Below, piece after piece: positions 54,729-64,000 of a stretch of DNA of 64,000 bases. Position numbers and translations under genes: made by a program. The notes beneath the pieces were generated by a model. The model saw only the letters and a program-made list of their open reading frames with translations. It was not told where the DNA came from and made no database searches. Each line of letters starts with the position of its first letter. The first letter of the stretch is position 1. Location: IMG/VR virus record IMGVR_UViG_3300042393_000497, positions 3,783 to 67,782 of that record, one strand, 5' to 3'. This stretch comes from a virus. Taxonomy: Duplodnaviria > Caudoviricetes.

Positions 54729-57554
54729 CTACCAGAATAATAAAGTTCTCCACATCTCCTGTCCTGTGTGTCTCATTACATACAAGAACTTCAATCCGTC
54801 TGAGGTTTCAACTATCTCCATTCTATTCCCTAAAATAGCTGTTGAGTGTCCATAAGGGATTGTTCCTGAATTAACTGTTTCTCTTGTGCTTAAATCAAAA
54901 TATTGAACAACGCTAGATCCAGAAGGATTTATGTAAACTCTATTTGTACCATCATAGGCATACATTGACCCTGTGTTATACGGAGTACTTTGAGGAGATG
55001 AAAAATTACCGTACTGCCAAGTATCTGTTGTTATGTCGTATCTATCCATAGAAACAATACCAGCACCTCTAAAACTCCATAAATATCTTCCGTTAGAATT
55101 ACCATACGCAAATACTAATCCCGTGCCTGCGCCTCTAGGCGGAATACCTAGTATTGTATACTGGGTAGATGCGTCCATTGCAGCGGTTATTCCAAATGTC
55201 AATGTGTTTGCTGTATTTGAAGCCACGGTTAATTCACTTCCTTGATTTACGCCACCTGTAATTCTAACTTTTTTACCTGCCCATTGATTTACTTTCCAAT
55301 TCTTTGTTGTATCTACAATAGTTGTTGTTGAACCTGATGTAGCAATTCCAAATGTTGCCATAATTTGATACCTTGTGGTTGAATCAGGTGTAAAAGTTTG
55401 AGTAGCATAAGTAAGCGTAGTATTTGTATTTGCTGTAATTGCAATCTCAGCCCCTAACCCTGTACCTGCTACAATTCTAACTCTATTACCTGTCCAACAT
55501 CCTGGGTCCCAAGTTCTTGATGAATCGATTAAAGTAGTTGTACTTCCGCCTGTTGCAGCACCTGCTGCGTTTTGAGTAGCAATTTGAAACTGAACATCTC
55601 TACCAAAAGCCTCTGCTTCACTTATTGTATATCTTGATATACCTGTAACAGGGGCTGTTACGCCATTTGTAAAAGTTATTGTAGTTGCTGTATTAGATGC
55701 AATTCTTCTTGTTTGAATACCTCCTGTAACGCCAAAAGTATATAGATTTACAGACTTACCAACTAATTCATTAACATCCCAATTAGCAGCAGCATCTACC
55801 ATTATAGCTGTTGATTGAGACGAAGTTGCAGCCATACTTGCGGTAGCTGTAATTGCAATTTCAAAAGTTGTAGGCCAGGTTGCAGCAACTCCATCGACCC
55901 CTATGATCGTGTAAGTAGTATTATATGCCGCCTCTGAACATCCTTTAATTGTTACTGAATCTCCAATTTTAAACGGATGAACTATTGATGTAGTTGCGAT
56001 ACAAACAATACCTACGGTTGAAATATTTACTGTTGCTAAAGTTCCTGTACCTCCTGTAGTTGCAGCTCCTGTTGTAACTGAATATCCTGAACCGCATCTC
56101 ATTAAAGATACTGATAGTATTTGCCCTGTTGAACTAATTGTTTCTACATATACTTTTCCGTTTGTTCCGCCTCCACCACTAACAGCAAGTACATCTCCAA
56201 TTTTATAACCTGAACCTGCTGCATTTATTACAACAGCAGTAATAGCACCTGTATTCCTTGTTCCTGAAGCGATACCAAACGGTAAAGTTCCATTTCTTTG
56301 TACAGTTATATTGTTTGTAACTCCATAATCGTATATATTTCCTTGCACCCATAAATCAGCTTCAACGCTATATTTAAACATAGCCGAGTTACCATTCCCT
56401 GAAAAGAAAATTGTGTCTGTATCTGCGTATACAGAATATGTGGATGTTGCGTCAGGGTTTGTTGTCCATTTTTTAGCTACTTCAAAATAGTTTGCTCCAT
56501 TAGCAATAATTCTTTGTCTTTGACCCATTCCAGTTCCGCCTGTAATCCTAATTTGGTAGTTTACGTAGTCATCAACCGTCATTGATTTAGAAATATCTGT
56601 AAGGGTTCTATTTGCTCCCGCTGTAGCTGTTCCTGAAACATAAGCTCCACCCAAAGCACCTGTTCTTTCTATAGCAAAATCAGTTGCAATTGCACCAGGA
56701 AACAAGGAACTTGTAGCTGTTTTTTGCATCCAAACATCGTTAGCAACGTCATACATTTGCCAAGTAAAAAATGGAGCTACTGTAGTAGATGATAATAACC
56801 AAATAGTTCCTGTTTGAATGATAAACCTTGACGTGCTATCTGTAGGAACAGTTAAAGCTGAATTAAGATTTACGTTTTGAGACGTAATAATGAAACTTGA
56901 CTGAGCGCCTGCTGTAGCAACAGGAGAAGTTGAAAAAGCAACATTGTCGAATGGCTCGTATGGTTGATAATTTCCATCCGTAAACCAAACTGTATCAACT
57001 GTATTATACAAAATAGTTCTTTGAAGTTGAACACCTGTTGAAAAACTAACTCTACAGTTGTATCCAACCCATTGATTTGGTTTCCATTTTTTAGTTGTAT
57101 CAGTAATAAAACCTGTAGACGTACTTGTTGCTAATCCTGAGTCGTGAATTACTTCAGGGTCTACAGAAGTAATTGTTCTTTCTTGTCCTGCGCCTGCTCC
57201 GTATCTAATCACGATATTATCCCCAACAAGCATGCTTCCCCCACCAATGTATGGAATTTGTAACTTAGTAGAGCTTATCTGAGATAACACTCTACCTCTA
57301 TTTCCGCTATACTTTGAGTATCTTAATGAAACAGCAGTAACAGGAGTTGAAATAGGAGACGCCAGAGACATATATGTATCGGTGATAACATCGTATCTAT
57401 AAAAGTTAGTCCCAACCAAGTAATACATATATCTACTATCTCCATCCTCTGATGTACACAAGCCACTTGTTGCCGTAGTTGTAACAGGAGCAAATCTTGC
57501 CCATTCCCATACAGGTTGATCTAATATTGGTTTTAAATTGTTTGTTAATGCCAT
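54729..57554 (-). CDS. Thr/Gly-rich structural protein: Kelch-like blades interrupted by repeated beta domains
   Basis: YD...D.W blade motifs; five D...W..N.W.G..VRI..G.G repeats. Confidence 0.65.
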   Translation of the reverse strand: MALTNNLKPILDQPVWEWARFAPVTTTATSGLCTSEDGDSRYMYYLVGTNFYRYDVITDTYMSLASPISTPVTAVSLRYSKYSGNRGRVLSQISSTKLQIPYIGGGSMLVGDNIVIRYGAGAGQERTITSVDPEVIHDSGLATSTSTGFITDTTKKWKPNQWVGYNCRVSFSTGVQLQRTILYNTVDTVWFTDGNYQPYEPFDNVAFSTSPVATAGAQSSFIITSQNVNLNSALTVPTDSTSRFIIQTGTIWLLSSTTVAPFFTWQMYDVANDVWMQKTATSSLFPGAIATDFAIERTGALGGAYVSGTATAGANRTLTDISKSMTVDDYVNYQIRITGGTGMGQRQRIIANGANYFEVAKKWTTNPDATSTYSVYADTDTIFFSGNGNSAMFKYSVEADLWVQGNIYDYGVTNNITVQRNGTLPFGIASGTRNTGAITAVVINAAGSGYKIGDVLAVSGGGGTNGKVYVETISSTGQILSVSLMRCGSGYSVTTGAATTGGTGTLATVNISTVGIVCIATTSIVHPFKIGDSVTIKGCSEAAYNTTYTIIGVDGVAATWPTTFEIAITATASMAATSSQSTAIMVDAAANWDVNELVGKSVNLYTFGVTGGIQTRRIASNTATTITFTNGVTAPVTGISRYTISEAEAFGRDVQFQIATQNAAGAATGGSTTTLIDSSRTWDPGCWTGNRVRIVAGTGLGAEIAITANTNTTLTYATQTFTPDSTTRYQIMATFGIATSGSTTTIVDTTKNWKVNQWAGKKVRITGGVNQGSELTVASNTANTLTFGITAAMDASTQYTILGIPPRGAGTGLVFAYGNSNGRYLWSFRGAGIVSMDRYDITTDTWQYGNFSSPQSTPYNTGSMYAYDGTNRVYINPSGSSVVQYFDLSTRETVNSGTIPYGHSTAILGNRMEIVETSDGLKFLYVMRHTGQEMWRTLLFW

Positions 57555-57559
57555 TTTGT

Positions 57560-58051
57560 TTAGTATGTTAAGTTTTGTCTTATTCCGTTTGCAAATGTAT
57601 TTCTAGCTTGGTCAATAATAGGGAATCTTACATCAATGTTTCCATATGAGTTTAATGAAGTTATTTGACTGACCGTGTTAATAGTACCTCCAACTATTGT
57701 ATCTACAGCTACTCTTTGTCTTTGGTTTGTGTCTTGCGTAGCAATAGGTGTCAATAACTGAATCAATCTTCTCAATAACACTACGCTATCGTCTGTACTT
57801 GGTGTTCCGTATAAATCTAGAAAGATTTGCAGGGAATCACTATTTGACATTGTAGTAGTATTATACGTCAAAGTTAATACATTGTTTGCAATAACTCCTC
57901 CTTTTGCTGGTTCAGCAAAGTTATAAATAATAACATTGTCGGTCACGTTTGTAATTACCAATACTTGATTCAAAGATACAACATCTGTTGTATTGAATGT
58001 TATCTGCTTTGTCGCAGCGTTAAATGTGTAATCTTGAAATAATACTTTCAT
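57560..58051 (-). CDS. tail-associated protein
   Basis: YTFNAATKQITF..LVITNVTDNVIIYNFA. Confidence 0.6.
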   Translation of the reverse strand: MKVLFQDYTFNAATKQITFNTTDVVSLNQVLVITNVTDNVIIYNFAEPAKGGVIANNVLTLTYNTTTMSNSDSLQIFLDLYGTPSTDDSVVLLRRLIQLLTPIATQDTNQRQRVAVDTIVGGTINTVSQITSLNSYGNIDVRFPIIDQARNTFANGIRQNLTY

Positions 58052-58055
58052 ATTT

Positions 58056-59954
58056 TTATCCTAAAGCGATTGCATAAGCAATCATTAATGATTCTAAATT
58101 TACTCCATTCAAACTCATCGATGGAGCATCTACATTTCCTGTAAATGTATCTCCTGCTTTATTTGCAGGTGTGTATCCTAACCATCCAGCAACTGTTTTA
58201 TTAACCCATAATGTACCATTGTATCCTAATAAATGACCATTGATTGGAGTAGTAGTTATTAAGTCTACGTCATGAAGTTCTTTTAACTCAAATCCGTTTT
58301 GGACTTTTACAAAAATCTCGCCATTTCCTGCGCTTATCTTTGTAACTATTCCTATAAAAACTAAGTGAGCAGGTGCATAAGGTTTATTTATAAGACCATA
58401 TATCAACGCGCCATTTACACCTAACCATACAGGATCGCCAGCAGTTTGACCAGCTGTATTTAATCCACTTAATAATCCTTCTGTAATTACAAATCCAGTT
58501 TGATTAGGACCAGTAGTTGTAATATCAGATTGCATAAGACCCATGGTCTTACTTGATGTTGCTTCAGAAGTATTACTTGCTCTACCAACAAGCATGTTTG
58601 TACCACTACTACTTGTAACATATACTGCAGTACCTTTAGTTATTGTACCAGATAAACCATTATTTTTTACAATATGTTTTACTTGCGAAGTCCAATCAGC
58701 ATAATTTTCCTGCCAAGTAGCATTGTAATCCGTTGCGTCTACTTTGGTCAATATTTGCCCTGCCGTTCCACCTGCTGGAAGTCCATTTGTAGGTACAGGC
58801 ACGTCGGCCAAAGTGATGAAAGGATTTACGCCATCCTCGCCATCGTTTGTTAAATCACTTGTTTTTGTAACAGCAGCAGGAATTGTAGGCTTGTTTAAAA
58901 TTTGATTGTTGCCACTTGTTGAGTTCCAATCTATAGGTCGCTCAACAAGCGGATAACCAATACCTAGATTTGTCCAATATAATGTACTAGTAGGTATTAT
59001 AGAATCATTATTAGCTATACATCGGTAAACATTTCCGAGATACCAAACAAGATTTCCTATTACATATTGATTATTAGTTGCGGTTAAATGATCCGTTGTA
59101 AATGGTAATGCTACTAGTGGAGTTGTAGGAATATCAGCAGTAGTTGCAATTGTATATGTGCCTGTTGGTTTGTTTGGAAACTGTAATGTAACATCAGTTG
59201 TTACATATTCTGCCGCAAATACACCAGATGAAATTCCATCTTTAGTCATAGACACCTGTCCGAGTGAATCTAGTTGGGATCCACTTCCGCTATTTTTATT
59301 TACAGTTGATATAAAATCAGGTTCAAATAAAGCCTGCTCGTTAATTGAATCAGATAATGCTCCTCCATCTAAATGTACGGTTGTAGTTGTAGTATTACCT
59401 GCACTTGTTACACTCTGTAATGTAGGTGTTGGAGCAACAATCGTTTTGTATTCTATTAAATGGATTAAGTAATCCATATCTTCAGATAGATTACCATTTC
59501 CACTAACATATGTCAAGCTAACTACATAGTATCCTGTTTCTGTAAGATGTGGAGTTACAGAGTTTACAAAGTATATTCCAAAGAAGTTTATATTGGAACT
59601 ATTCTGAATTAATATTCTTGTGTTTGGAAGTATATTTAAGAAAGCATCTACTGTAGTGCTTCCTAAAGTTTTATTACTTAATATAAATGTCGTAAGAGAA
59701 GAAAATGGAACATTAGCTCCTATTTCAGTTTGAAAAGATATTGTTCCAGGTTTTCTGCTATCTCCAGAAGCAATAGTATCATATCGGTATCTTAAAGAAT
59801 TAGCAGTAGATATTACTTCATTTTCATTTAAGTATTGAGCAAGAATATTTGGACTAAAGTTCTTAGTCTTTTTATTGTCATTACCATCTGTACCAATCCA
59901 TATATCTGCACCAGTTACATTAGTATCTACTTGATATGTACTTATTCTAGCCAT
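58056..59954 (-). CDS. tail fibre/appendage protein
   Basis: N-terminus paralogous to 51741-53597; LPAGGTAGQILTK motif; YVIGNLVWYLGNVYRC CBM-like segment. Confidence 0.7.
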   Translation of the reverse strand: MARISTYQVDTNVTGADIWIGTDGNDNKKTKNFSPNILAQYLNENEVISTANSLRYRYDTIASGDSRKPGTISFQTEIGANVPFSSLTTFILSNKTLGSTTVDAFLNILPNTRILIQNSSNINFFGIYFVNSVTPHLTETGYYVVSLTYVSGNGNLSEDMDYLIHLIEYKTIVAPTPTLQSVTSAGNTTTTTVHLDGGALSDSINEQALFEPDFISTVNKNSGSGSQLDSLGQVSMTKDGISSGVFAAEYVTTDVTLQFPNKPTGTYTIATTADIPTTPLVALPFTTDHLTATNNQYVIGNLVWYLGNVYRCIANNDSIIPTSTLYWTNLGIGYPLVERPIDWNSTSGNNQILNKPTIPAAVTKTSDLTNDGEDGVNPFITLADVPVPTNGLPAGGTAGQILTKVDATDYNATWQENYADWTSQVKHIVKNNGLSGTITKGTAVYVTSSSGTNMLVGRASNTSEATSSKTMGLMQSDITTTGPNQTGFVITEGLLSGLNTAGQTAGDPVWLGVNGALIYGLINKPYAPAHLVFIGIVTKISAGNGEIFVKVQNGFELKELHDVDLITTTPINGHLLGYNGTLWVNKTVAGWLGYTPANKAGDTFTGNVDAPSMSLNGVNLESLMIAYAIALG

Positions 59955-60509
59955 CTATATATTGTTTTCTTTTTTATACTTAGCTAATAATTCTTTTCTA
60001 TGTTCTATACCATTTGTGCCACCATTTATTTTTTTTGTAATGGTAACAACTTCATCTCTATCAGCGTGAGTATTTAAATTATTTTTCTTCCAAAACCAAA
60101 GAGCAGAAACCATAGCATGAACTTCTTGTAATAATAAATCTGGAGTTTTTACAAAATCAATTCCAGTATCATCAGACAAACTCTTATAATTACTTTTCCC
60201 TGTTATTTGAATAAAACCTCTTCCTCTATAAGTATATCCATCTCCAGATTGCTCATCTCCATTACCCATTCTAGAAGCATATACTCTAGATCCTATTTTA
60301 ATAGGTTTTCTATCATATGATAAAGCAGACTCCTTTGTAAAGTATTTCTTAAAAATAATTAATAGTCTTTCTGCTGAATAGTTTAAGTTTTCACTTACAG
60401 GCTTCAATCCACTTTCATGCTCTATCTGAGCCATAAAATGAGAAATCCTCAAAGGAGTATTTACACCATACTTATTGAATAATGATTTATACTTATCCTG
60501 TAATCTCAT
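59955..60509 (-). CDS. GH19 (chitinase-class) endolysin
   Basis: HFMAQIEHES, GDGYTYRGRGFIQITGKSNY, INGGTNG. Confidence 0.92.
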   Translation of the reverse strand: MRLQDKYKSLFNKYGVNTPLRISHFMAQIEHESGLKPVSENLNYSAERLLIIFKKYFTKESALSYDRKPIKIGSRVYASRMGNGDEQSGDGYTYRGRGFIQITGKSNYKSLSDDTGIDFVKTPDLLLQEVHAMVSALWFWKKNNLNTHADRDEVVTITKKINGGTNGIEHRKELLAKYKKENNI

Positions 60510-60927
60510 TTATATCAGTTTTAATTTCTTTTGTTCTCTTCAATAAGTTTTTAAGAATAACCCATATCTTCAAGTTCATAGCTTCTTCTATATTTTCCTT
60601 AATCGATATTAGCTCTATTAATATTAATACAATCGAACATATTTTAGTAAACATATATTTAAAGCTAAACAACATTAATGTAAATTCATTTAATAGGTAA
60701 TGATCTATTGGAAATAGAAGCAAAATACATACTTCATATAAAAGCATTTTTGAAACAAGTTCAGATAACTTTCTGCTTCTTATACTACACCAACCATTAA
60801 GTCTTACTGATTTAAAAATACCAGTAAATGTATCTAATGAAATTGCTACTCCTACAGCTATAAGCAAACCATTAATTGGCGCAAAAAATAGCAATAGACT
60901 TATAAATATATAGTTTAATGTTTTCAT
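60493..60927 (-). CDS. holin
   Basis: Three hydrophobic segments, charged C-terminus, overlaps the endolysin; promoter TATCTTTG at 60961-68. Confidence 0.8.
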   Translation of the reverse strand: MKTLNYIFISLLLFFAPINGLLIAVGVAISLDTFTGIFKSVRLNGWCSIRSRKLSELVSKMLLYEVCILLLFPIDHYLLNEFTLMLFSFKYMFTKICSIVLILIELISIKENIEEAMNLKIWVILKNLLKRTKEIKTDINEITG

Positions 60928-61053
60928 TTATATAATTCAAAATATGAAATTTTATCAATGCAAAGATACTAAATCATCTAGAATAAATTTGAGACACAAT
61001 TATATTGTATTTATTGTATATTTGTCCAACATTTAAATTTAAATATATAAAAA

Positions 61054-62628
61054 ATGATAGTTAAGGAAATTAATTTCGGCAATACTGCCAAAGAAAAAGT
61101 TTTAAACGGAATTAACATTGTCGCTGATGCAGTTGGTTCTACATTAGGCTATAGAGGCAAAACAGTTTTAATTGAAGGTAGTGGTGGATTGCCATCAATA
61201 ACAAAAGATGGTGTATCTGTAGCAAGAGCTATCTTCTTAGAAGATGCAGTTGAAAGTTGTGGTGCAGAGTTAATTAAACAAGCATCTCAGAAAACAGTAG
61301 ATCAAGCTGGAGATGGAACAACAACTACCACAGTTTTATCTAGAGATATTATTTGTAGAGCTGAGGAAGCAATCAGTAGAGGAGCTTCTCCAATTGACGT
61401 AAAGAATGGTATTGAAGAAGCAACAAAACAAGTAGTTGATATTATAAAAGGAAAATCTAAAGAAGTAGTTAATGACTTCTTTTTTGACATTGCAAATATT
61501 TCCGCAAATAATGACGAAGAGTTAGGTACTTTAATTGCAGATGCATTCTTAGCAGCAGGAAAAAATGGAGTAGTTACATATGAGCCATCAGAAAAAATAG
61601 AAAGCTATGTTAAGACTACATCTGGTATGCCTATTGAAAGAGGATATTCAGATGAGCGATTCTCTAACAATAGAGAGAAAATGATTTGTGAGTTTAAAAA
61701 CAAGCCATTAGTATTTGTTTGTAATAGAGAGATAAAAGCATTTAATGAGATTGCTTTTATTATCAATCATATTGCTGAAAACAAAAAAGAACTTTTGTTA
61801 GTTGCAGATTTAAGTAATGAATTGAAACAAATTCTATTGGTTAATAATATGCAAGGAAAAATCAGAGTTGCACATATTACTCCTCCAGAGCATGAGTTCA
61901 CAGATAAGAGAAAAAGATATATGGAAGACTTAGCAATTGCTACAGGATCCACTTATATTGACACACTATCCGCAACGCATTTAGAGAGCTTAGGATTGGA
62001 TGTTTTAGGAGAAGTAGATAAATGTATCATTGGTAGAGACGAAACTATCTTAGAGCTTACAGAATTAACTTCTGAAGATATTCAATTAAGAATAAAAGAG
62101 ATTGAAAAACACATTGAAGACCAAACATCTCAATTGACTATTGATTTCTTAAAAGATAGAATTGCTAAGTTATCTTCTAGTATTAGCATTGTAAAAGTTG
62201 GCGGTGCTACTGAAGTAGAACTAAAAGAAAGATTGGATAGAGTTGATGACGCAATCCACGCTGTTAATTCTGCAATCAAAGAAGGTGTTGTTCCAGGTGG
62301 AGGATTAGCTTTATATGATGCTTCGTTTCAATTAAACATTCCAAATAATCCTAAGTCAGTTGGTTACCACGTCTTGCAAGAAAGTATCAAAGCTCCGTTT
62401 AGACAAATTCTAAGCAATGCTGATATTGACAACAAAGAAGTTGAAGATGTATTGATTGAAGTAAATAGCGGAATTGGATACGATGTAAAGAAATACGAGT
62501 ATACTGATATGATTAAAGCAGGCATTATTGATCCGGCAAGAGTTGTTAGATGTGCATTAGAAAATGCAGTTTCAGTTGCTGGTCAAGTAATTCAATTAGG
62601 TTGTACTATTAATTTTAAAAGAGCATAA
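61054..62628 (+). CDS. groEL: phage chaperonin GroEL
   Basis: STLGYRG, ITKDGVSVA, AGDGTTT, VKVGGATEVELKE..RVDDA, GVVPGGG, GIIDPARV. Confidence 0.97.
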   Translation: MIVKEINFGNTAKEKVLNGINIVADAVGSTLGYRGKTVLIEGSGGLPSITKDGVSVARAIFLEDAVESCGAELIKQASQKTVDQAGDGTTTTTVLSRDIICRAEEAISRGASPIDVKNGIEEATKQVVDIIKGKSKEVVNDFFFDIANISANNDEELGTLIADAFLAAGKNGVVTYEPSEKIESYVKTTSGMPIERGYSDERFSNNREKMICEFKNKPLVFVCNREIKAFNEIAFIINHIAENKKELLLVADLSNELKQILLVNNMQGKIRVAHITPPEHEFTDKRKRYMEDLAIATGSTYIDTLSATHLESLGLDVLGEVDKCIIGRDETILELTELTSEDIQLRIKEIEKHIEDQTSQLTIDFLKDRIAKLSSSISIVKVGGATEVELKERLDRVDDAIHAVNSAIKEGVVPGGGLALYDASFQLNIPNNPKSVGYHVLQESIKAPFRQILSNADIDNKEVEDVLIEVNSGIGYDVKKYEYTDMIKAGIIDPARVVRCALENAVSVAGQVIQLGCTINFKRA

Positions 62629-62630
62629 AG

Positions 62631-62885
62631 ATGAAAGCAATTTTAACAAATGTAATTATCCGAGAGATTAAAGAAGAGAAAGAAAACTCTTACGGATTAA
62701 TTGTAACATCAGATACTAAGAACGAAAAGTTTAAAAGAGGAATTGTTCTTAGTAGAGGAGAGTTATGTGAAGGAATTGAAGAAGGAGATACTGTAGTATA
62801 CGATATGCATAGAAGTAATAAGATTACTTATTGCGGAGAACCTTTGGTTGCTGCCGAATATGGTGCGATTGTTATCGTTGAATAG
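62631..62885 (+). CDS. groES: co-chaperonin GroES
   Basis: Mobile loop SYGLIV, GIVLSRG..EGDTVVY; directly after groEL. Confidence 0.85.
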   Translation: MKAILTNVIIREIKEEKENSYGLIVTSDTKNEKFKRGIVLSRGELCEGIEEGDTVVYDMHRSNKITYCGEPLVAAEYGAIVIVE

Positions 62886-62903
62886 TATTTTCTATATAAG
62901 AAG

Positions 62904-62929
62904 AAAGCCTCTTAATTGAGGCTTTTTTT
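62904..62929. terminator. bidirectional terminator
   Basis: AAAGCCTC/GAGGCTTT stem between convergent genes. Confidence 0.8.
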
Positions 62930-63668
62930 ATTTTACATATTTCATGTCTTCTTCTAAGTAGTAATCTGATTCTCCATTCCTCATTTCTCTTGCTTTGACA
63001 TTCATTTCTCTAATAGCCTTAGCATATCTCTTGTCATTGTATCCTACTTTCTTCTGAAATATCTTAGTGTTTTTTCCTTCTTCAGAAATTAAGTTTCTAA
63101 GAGTTAGTCTATCGTAAATAGCTTTTACTCTCCTCTTAGACATAAACGATAACTTATATATTGGAACTGAATTTGATCTTCCAAGTTCTCCTCTAAAAGC
63201 ATATTCAACAATCCATCCTTTTTCTAGATACTTGTCAAATCTATTTTTATCCCAAACCATTATATAACAATAGTCTTCAAATTGAGATTTAGTAAAAGGT
63301 TTTTCGTTGTATAAAAAGAACATTAACTCTAAGTCAGCCTTAGTCATTTCGTATTGCCTTGATGCCCAGTATATTACGATTCTATAGTACTTCAAAAAGT
63401 CAAATTCTTTTTTTGCTGTGTTTACTATAGGCCTATTCTTTTTTCTTTTATAGCCATTTATGGAAGAATTATATAACGCATATTCCGATTCGGCTTCTTG
63501 CTTTAGTCTATCTTGATATGCTTGTGTTTTTTTGTAGCTATATATTTCTTTCTTAGGTACTCCGTTTAATATCTTTTCTTCTTTTTCTAATAGCTGTCTT
63601 GTCTTTTCTTTCCATGCCCATTCCTTATAAGATAAACTATCGTCTACCTCAGTCTTAGCTTTTATCAT
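62928..63668 (-). CDS. conserved phage protein with winged-helix-like C-terminus
   Basis: LKYYRIVIYWA..DLELMFFLY..WDKNRF..GWI. Confidence 0.65.
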   Translation of the reverse strand: MIKAKTEVDDSLSYKEWAWKEKTRQLLEKEEKILNGVPKKEIYSYKKTQAYQDRLKQEAESEYALYNSSINGYKRKKNRPIVNTAKKEFDFLKYYRIVIYWASRQYEMTKADLELMFFLYNEKPFTKSQFEDYCYIMVWDKNRFDKYLEKGWIVEYAFRGELGRSNSVPIYKLSFMSKRRVKAIYDRLTLRNLISEEGKNTKIFQKKVGYNDKRYAKAIREMNVKAREMRNGESDYYLEEDMKYVK

Positions 63669-63704
63669 TTTAATTAAATTAAATTAGAATGTAAACATTT
63701 TTGT

Positions 63705-63995
63705 TTACTTTTTCTTGGACTTGAATCTTTCTCCTTTTCCAGAAGTCTTTCCTGATCTATATACAGCACCTCCTGCTGACCAAAGGTCATGCCATGCCCA
63801 ATATCCTGCTGTTAGTTTTGATTGCTCTCCTTCTCCAGCGTGTCTTCTTTTGTATTGCTTACGAGCTTCTGGACTATAGTTAGAGCTGTATCCAGCAGCA
63901 CCATAGTGTACAATTTTTTCTTTACCATTTTCGCAAGCCTTAACAACACGCTTGTGTTTCCCATCAGTATCTTTTTTGGGAGAATTGCATTTCAT
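63705..63995 (-). CDS. small basic conserved phage protein
   Basis: KRVVKACENGKEKIVHYG..RH..AGYWA; start may lie beyond the window edge. Confidence 0.7.
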   Translation of the reverse strand: MKCNSPKKDTDGKHKRVVKACENGKEKIVHYGAAGYSSNYSPEARKQYKRRHAGEGEQSKLTAGYWAWHDLWSAGGAVYRSGKTSGKGERFKSKKK

Positions 63996-64000
63996 TTTTT

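Noticed and set aside
1-64000. Stop-codon reassignment or alternative genetic code
   Set aside because: Long genes are open in the standard code, and TAA, TAG and TGA all terminate genes
1-64000. CRISPR array, diversity-generating retroelement, integrase or reverse transcriptase
   Set aside because: No regularly spaced repeat-spacer array, no YxDD RT motif, no template/variable repeat pair, and no tyrosine or serine recombinase motifs recognised

Overview
This window is most of the genome of a tailed dsDNA phage of Bacteroidota, probably a Flavobacterium-like host. The host call rests on TAnnTTTG/TTTG promoters, Shine-Dalgarno-less A-rich starts, and Flavobacterium-type fibre repeats. The virion genes indicate a podovirus. 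Layout: (1) about 1.1-1.8 kb is a non-coding T-tract and repeat region, a likely terminus or origin. (2) 1.9-11.6 kb (+) holds small, often acidic early genes, preceded by a ~660-nt densely base-paired non-coding region. (3) 11.6-26.2 kb (+) holds recombination, replication and nucleotide genes: ERF, 5'-3' exonuclease, SSB, initiator, helicase, DnaA-domain-IV protein, C5 methyltransferase, PAPS-reductase-like protein, phosphoesterases, MazG-like protein, HNH endonucleases and a tRNA-like RNA. (4) 26.2-60.9 kb (-) holds virion, packaging and lysis genes, including a 2527-aa internal protein, capsid, portal, terminase, fibres, GH19 endolysin and holin. (5) 61-63 kb (+) holds groEL-groES. No DNA polymerase, primase, RNA polymerase, integrase or CRISPR array was recognised. 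Best leads: the large structured RNA region at 2318-2980; two HNH cassettes inserted into gene starts that carry a synonymously recoded replacement 5' end; a promoter-driven tRNA-shaped RNA with hairpin insertions in two loops; and an attenuator-like switch ahead of the replication initiator. All protein assignments come from motif recognition by eye; no searches were run.
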